Shown here: positions 58,602-64,000 of the stretch, one piece after another
Numbering within the stretch: the stretch's first letter is position 1
How the letters are laid out: each line of letters opens with the position of its first letter
NCBI RefSeq assembly: GCF_964355755.1
Contig: NC_092675.1
Location: 24,772,912-24,836,911, forward strand
Origin: Antedon mediterranea
Lineage: Eukaryota > Animalia > Echinodermata
Reading direction: 5' to 3'
DNA: 64,000 nt
Notes under the pieces: model-generated
The model's input: only the letters and a program-made list of their open reading frames with translations
The model's database searches: none
What the model was told of the DNA's origin: nothing
Made by a program: the position numbers and the translations under genes

Positions 58602-59851
58602 GTGAGTAAACATTTTTTAACACAACATCGGACAATAAATCTCTCAGAAACTATTCTCGCATAATGCTTTTATAAATTATTATGGTACTGACATCAAAAT
58701 ACTACATGACACACCTTGTTAATCGGCAACAGCCCAAGCGTTCAATGACTTTCGACATTTAGATATGTAATATTGACCTATTTTATTAGAAGAATAACCT
58801 GGTTTCATAATAGGCCTACAGTAGAACATTCTCCTTTAAGCTCAGTTCCCACTAGCGACGCAACATAACACAACCTACATAACGTAAGAAAATGCCCTTT
58901 AATAATTTTGTTTTCCCCTGCCTGCGTGAGAAATCAAACCTGGATTGTTTACAGCACTGTTGCATCGTCGGTTTCAACTTGTGATTATAAAATACAGCCC
59001 TTTTTGTCGATACGTTGTTGCGTGGAAATCACAAGTTATAATTTACTGTATTGCAATCTTGTCTTATTACATTTGTTAATATAATAGTGTATTAGATCTT
59101 AGTAAATGTATTATTACAGCAAAACAAACTATACCACAGCTATAATAGTTTAAATTTCTTTTTACAGGTGTTATGCAAACAAGAACAGCTTAATACCATT
59201 TGTTGATCTTTGATTCTTGATACAAGTTTTAAAGCAAATTAAGGAAGAAAGAATTCAGAATGTTCAAGCATACAGTTGTGTTTGAATTTGAATGAGTATC
59301 CCGTTGTAGGCTTAATTCATTGCTTTTTTTTAATGTATCAAATTTTAGTTTTTATATTTAATTTATAGAGTTTACCAAATATGTTCTAAAACAATTGCAT
59401 ATGTCATGATGGCAGTCATTTCATTGTGAAAAATCATCTTTTGAAGGTAGATAGTTGAAAAGTTCAAAGATGCTTGACAGAAGAAATAGGAATAAAGATT
59501 TAGTGATCCTTTTGAAAAAATCTTGTTATAACATTGTTGTGAGCATCATTTTCTGTAAAATAATTATTTTGGATGGGATTATACCAATGTTTATTACAGT
59601 GTGCCCATACAGAAAGCAACCACCTTGTTTTTCTCTTTTGTGGGGACACCCCACTTTTATTAAACTGTAAATAAAATATGTATAAAATATACAGTATTAA
59701 AAGTATAACATATATATATATTTATAAATCCAAGGCAAATTACTGAAAAAATGACAATGCTGTGGGTATCAGTGGATGGATCTCAATGGAGATACAAAAT
59801 AAAAGCGAAAAGCTAAATCAAAACGAGTAAGTAAAACAGCCAGAAAAGTTA

Positions 59852-59888
59852 GCAGAGCTTTCGGGCAACACTAGCCCTTCATCAGTGC
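59852..59888 (-). ncRNA. Minimal type-I hammerhead ribozyme in a Penelope-like remnant (about 59727-59890)
   Basis: Minus strand: gca CTGATGA a gggc tagtgtt gccc GAAA gcTC tgc, followed by a T-rich pLTR-like tail; flanked by TA runs. Confidence 0.8.
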
Positions 59889-60627
59889 AAGTGATATATA
59901 TATATTTATAGTTAAATGAATGTTCTTTCACATTAGCCCATTTCTTTGGGGCCTTATTTATATTGCTAACATATTGATTTTCTAATAAATTTGAAAGTTC
60001 CAAAAGTTCAAGACCACTGGCAATTTTATTTTTGTATATTTTTCTTATGTGATAACATTAATTCATACAATCTTAATTAATTAATCATAATTAATTGACA
60101 TTTTCACTTGTTCTTCCTGTTCACTATCAACATCTAGCCATTTGCTATTTGAAAGCTGTTTCATAAGTTAACATTGAAAAAAAATAGAGTTGAATTTGTT
60201 GCATGTAATTTTTACAAAAAAACGTTTTCCCTAATTTATTTTCAATAATTCTACATGGGAAAGTACTGTACTGTAGTTCATCTTGTAATGCGCTTAACCA
60301 GCCCCAGGCTGTCAACTAAGATGATAGTACAAACAAAATCATAATTATAAAAATACAAATAGAAAAATACAAAGAAAAAATGGAAACGTTTGTCGGAGAC
60401 TGGATTTTGTTAGTTTTAGTAGGAATGTCCCTGTCAAGGATGTTATTGTCTTTAATCCACCAGTCAGTGTTGCGATTTTTGTCTGAAAACTATGCGAGCT
60501 CAAGTATTATACATATGAAACGCCAAATGTGCCAAAATATTTATCTTTTTACTAATTTTGGTCTACAACCTAGACTAATCATCCTTCACAAATTACAATC
60601 GCTTAGTGATAGTAAATAGTATCATGT

Positions 60628-62849
60628 CTAATCATTTTCAATATCTAAATTATTAATCTTAGCATAAAACTCAGTCCTTGTAAAGTTTTTGCCTGATAAT
60701 ACAAATTCTTTTAGAGCTTTTGCTTTTGGTATTGACGTTTCATACATCCGTAACCACATATTTGGCAGTACTGATATATCAGAATATAGTTGTGGTTTTG
60801 GGCAGTCCAGATGTTCTGGGCTAGCAACATGCTTTCTATATCGTTTACGGTTTAAAGCTTCTCTATCATCATGTAGGGCATTACAGACCATACATTCAAA
60901 TCCATCAATGAAATTCATTCGGTTGTAGTCGTCAACACCCCATTCCCTTTTCTGCATCGTCTCAATCAACATAGAGTTCGTAATTTTCCCGGTTTGTTTT
61001 AGTTCTAAATACTTATTATACTCATCATCATTGTTATCAAGATAGGTAAGATATTTGGCAAGTTCCTTCGGGCTTTTAAAATCATCAATTAAAATTGCAC
61101 TTCTCTCCGTGGGGAACCAGTCTTTGATCGTGCTTGAACCTTTGTATATTGGTACTGAACCTAACATTAATGGCCGCCAGAATTTCTCTGTAATGTAATC
61201 ATCGCATAAAGCATTTTCAAGAGCTAAAGTGAATTTGTATTTAGCTAAAATGTGTTTAAAACCATCTTTATCCATAGTTAATGGATCTTGAAATTCTACT
61301 GGAAGATCTTTATTATGTAGACATCTACCAAAAGAATCTACTTGAATGTATTGCATAAGTTCTTTAACATAAGAATCACGATCTGATGGTGGGTTGCAGT
61401 CTGAGTGCACAAACACCACTGGAGCATTTCTGCCTTTTGCTTGTGTTGATGCCAAGAATTTCTTAGTTGTTAGATCATCTAAAGATGCCAGATATTGGGT
61501 TGTTATTGGATAATCAGATTTGCGCTTAAATGTAGAAGTAAAATTGAAGAGTTGTAAGCATTCTGGCTGGGTAAGAATATAATTATTTTTGGGCGATTCT
61601 TCATGTAACAATGCCCATTGGTGATTGGTTTTTCTCGGCAGCGGTAAATCCTTGATTTTAAAATCTGTTCCATAAAACATAAACACTTTCATCAATGGAT
61701 GATTTTTCAAACGGCGGTCAACAGTAAAATAACACTTGTTTGCACCACATTTCTTGACTTTACCTTGTTCCCCAGTAAATCCTGTCCACCATAGTATGAT
61801 GGGATACTTTATATTACTCACTACCCATTGAAAGTTATTACCTTTAACAAAAAAATGTAAAATATATCAATGTAATGGTCCCTAAAACTGTTTGCTTAAA
61901 TATTTTATCTTGGTTACGTATTTTTACTAGGTAGTGATTTTCCACCACTATTGAGGATAACAGCTCATATCATGAAATTAGCTTAATTTTTAGGGATTGT
62001 ATGTTTTTTCTTGTTCAATAAATGAGTTTACCTTCAGGATATAATTTTCCACCATAATCTATGTTCCTGTCCACCCAAACCGCACCATCTTCCATGAAAA
62101 ACATTTCCTCATCATAATCCCAAACAAACTATAAAAAGACATTAAATGATGTATCAGGTACAACCAATTAGTGGCGCCAGGATGGATGGGCTGAAGTCCC
62201 TCGACATTCAAGGGGAAGCAAGCATCGAAGGGGGAAGGGAAGTCACCAGAAACTCTAAAAATATTTTAGATATATTATTAAGAAGGGTATTTTTAATCAG
62301 ATTCACTTGAAACCCACCCGGACCAAGACGGAATAAATAGCACAAAATGTTAGAAGGCCTATGTCTAACGAGTTTGGAAAAAAAATCCCATAAATACTTC
62401 TTAATTTAATATCAACAATTATATATTATTTTTAATTTATTGTACTATATATTCATATCCTTTCCTTGATGACTAATAATAATATAAATAAATAAAATAC
62501 TAGCCAGGCTAATTAATAAGTGTTGTACTTACTTGTACTGTAGATATATTAATACTGAAAAAGGTTTAAATAACAATATTCAATAATAAAGGCAAACATA
62601 AACCTAGCCAAGGATTTTAGAATAGTCTAGTCTAATAAGATAGAATACGTACGTCCTTTAAGTAGGCCTAGCCTACCTATACTTATTATGTCTACACTAC
62701 AACACTCCCACCAGCACTTTCCGCACTGTTCTATTCCAAAATAAAATAAAGCTTAGTAGGCCTAGGCCTAGGCCTACCTTAAAAAGTAACAATAGTAAAA
62801 AACAAACTAAAGTTACGCAAATTATGTAACGTTTTCTTGATATTCGCAT
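60628..62849 (-). CDS. FUT10: Alpha-1,3-fucosyltransferase 10/11 family (GT10; POFUT3/4-like), 3 exons
   Basis: Exon 1 MRISRKRYIICVTLVCFLLLLLFK (type II anchor), exon 2 about 62032-62128, exon 3 60628-61841 with IILWW, FYGTDF..DLPLPR, WALLHEESPKNN, SDCNPPSDRDSYV.ELM, YKFTLALENALCDDYITEKFWRPL.LG.VPIY. FUT10 versus FUT11 is not resolved. Confidence 0.9.
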
Positions 62850-63507
62850 AATACTCTTTTAAAGTTAATTGTTGGTTGCAAATAACATATTTATAATCAT
62901 TTATTGTAGGCGGAACTGTTTTTTAGTAGGGTGGTACATGTTTGTTGTGTTGAGAAGGAATGAATGGGAAAGTCCCAATAGGTATGGCAGGCCAGTGGGG
63001 CATATTTGATTAGACGAAGCAAAACTGTCAATATCATATTCCTTCACCTGTCTAGATGAAATGACGTAGGTATATTCAGTGAGAAGCGCATCCAAATCCA
63101 AAATAATGTGACTTTTTTTATTTTTTATTAAAACCGATTCAGGCAACTGTGACTGCCTCCACTAACATTAACAAACGTTAGTTGGAAGAAGGATTATACA
63201 GACGTAGACTATAATTTAATAGTAGGCCTATAATTGTTTTATAACACTTCGGCCTAAATTTGCTTTAAAGAAGATAATTAAAGGGCGCACGTTTTAATTG
63301 TTGTCATGTCAGACCACGATCAAAGACGCACTCTAAATGCGATTACGGTCAAATTTGACCTAAATTAGTTCAAAATTGACTCAAATTAAGTTAAAAACAG
63401 ACCCCCATAGTATTCTGGGTCAAAGTATAGGGTCATGTAGACCGGGTTTAATTTGCAACCACAGAAAAAACTCACATTTTTCCTCAGTGCCACCAAGTTC
63501 CGTCCTC

Positions 63508-64000
63508 CCCAGCAAACACATAACGTTCAGCTAACGTTATATTTGGGTTAGCGTTTGGTTAGGTTTACTACGAACGTTCGTATAACATTCAAATAACGTT
63601 CATTCATAGAATATTTTTTTCATAACATCGTTTAAACGTTATAAGAACGTTCAGAATAACATTCAAAATATGTTATTTACATAACATTGAAGATAACATT
63701 TTCCTATAAGAACGTTCAAAATAACGTTAAAAAATGATATTTACATAAAGTTATTGATAACATCTATCTAACGTTATAAGAACGTTCAGAATAACATTCA
63801 AAATATGTTATTTACCTAACATTGATGGTAACATTTTCCTAACGTTAGAAAAACGTTCAAAATAACGTTGAAAATGATATTTACATAACGTTATTGGTAA
63901 CATCTACCTAACGTTAAAAGAACGTTCGGAATAACATTCAACATATGTTATTTACATAACATTTAATAATAACATTTTCCTTACGTTAGAAGAACGTTCA
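63508..64000. mobile_element. Left end of a non-autonomous DNA transposon with a subterminal aacgtt-rich tandem array (cut by the window edge)
   Basis: Terminus cccagcaaacaca, then ~60-bp units (dimer about 125 bp) such as aacgttcagaataacattcaaaatatgttatttacataac. Confidence 0.75.

Noticed and set aside
62901-63146. 81-aa minus-strand ORF upstream of FUT10
   Set aside because: Non-ATG start, no clear splice signals or recognisable family.

Overview
AT-rich, intron-dense animal genomic DNA, probably a marine invertebrate deuterostome (inferred from the Deu/Nin-type SINEs and gene style; not provable here). Genes reconstructed by hand from splice signals, in order: last exon of a SYT15-like synaptotagmin (+), a two-exon orphan ORF (-), an effector-type caspase (+), COX18 (+), ALG6 (-), PARG (-), USP39/Sad1 (+), a stand-alone short dystrophin-family gene (WW-EF-ZZ-coiled coil, +) and FUT10/11 (-). 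The introns hold a near-intact young Gypsy (Mag-like) LTR element, nested 9-bp-TSD foldback elements, Harbinger-type MITEs, 5S- and tRNA-derived SINEs, LINE fragments and two Penelope-type hammerhead ribozymes. Main oddities: (1) the 3' splice site of USP39 exon 6 is amplified into 16 tandem acceptors, only the last of which is productive, with a similar acceptor triplication in the dystrophin-like gene; (2) three 26-31 bp CAT(A/G)G palindromes with exact 7-bp target duplications that resemble P-element excision footprints; (3) TAGGCCTA clusters just inside the first intron of five genes; (4) a U12-type and a GC-AG intron in ALG6; (5) PIP-box-like and VCP-interacting-motif-like sequences in the PARG N-terminus. 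All calls were made by eye, without searches, and exon edges may be off by a few bases.
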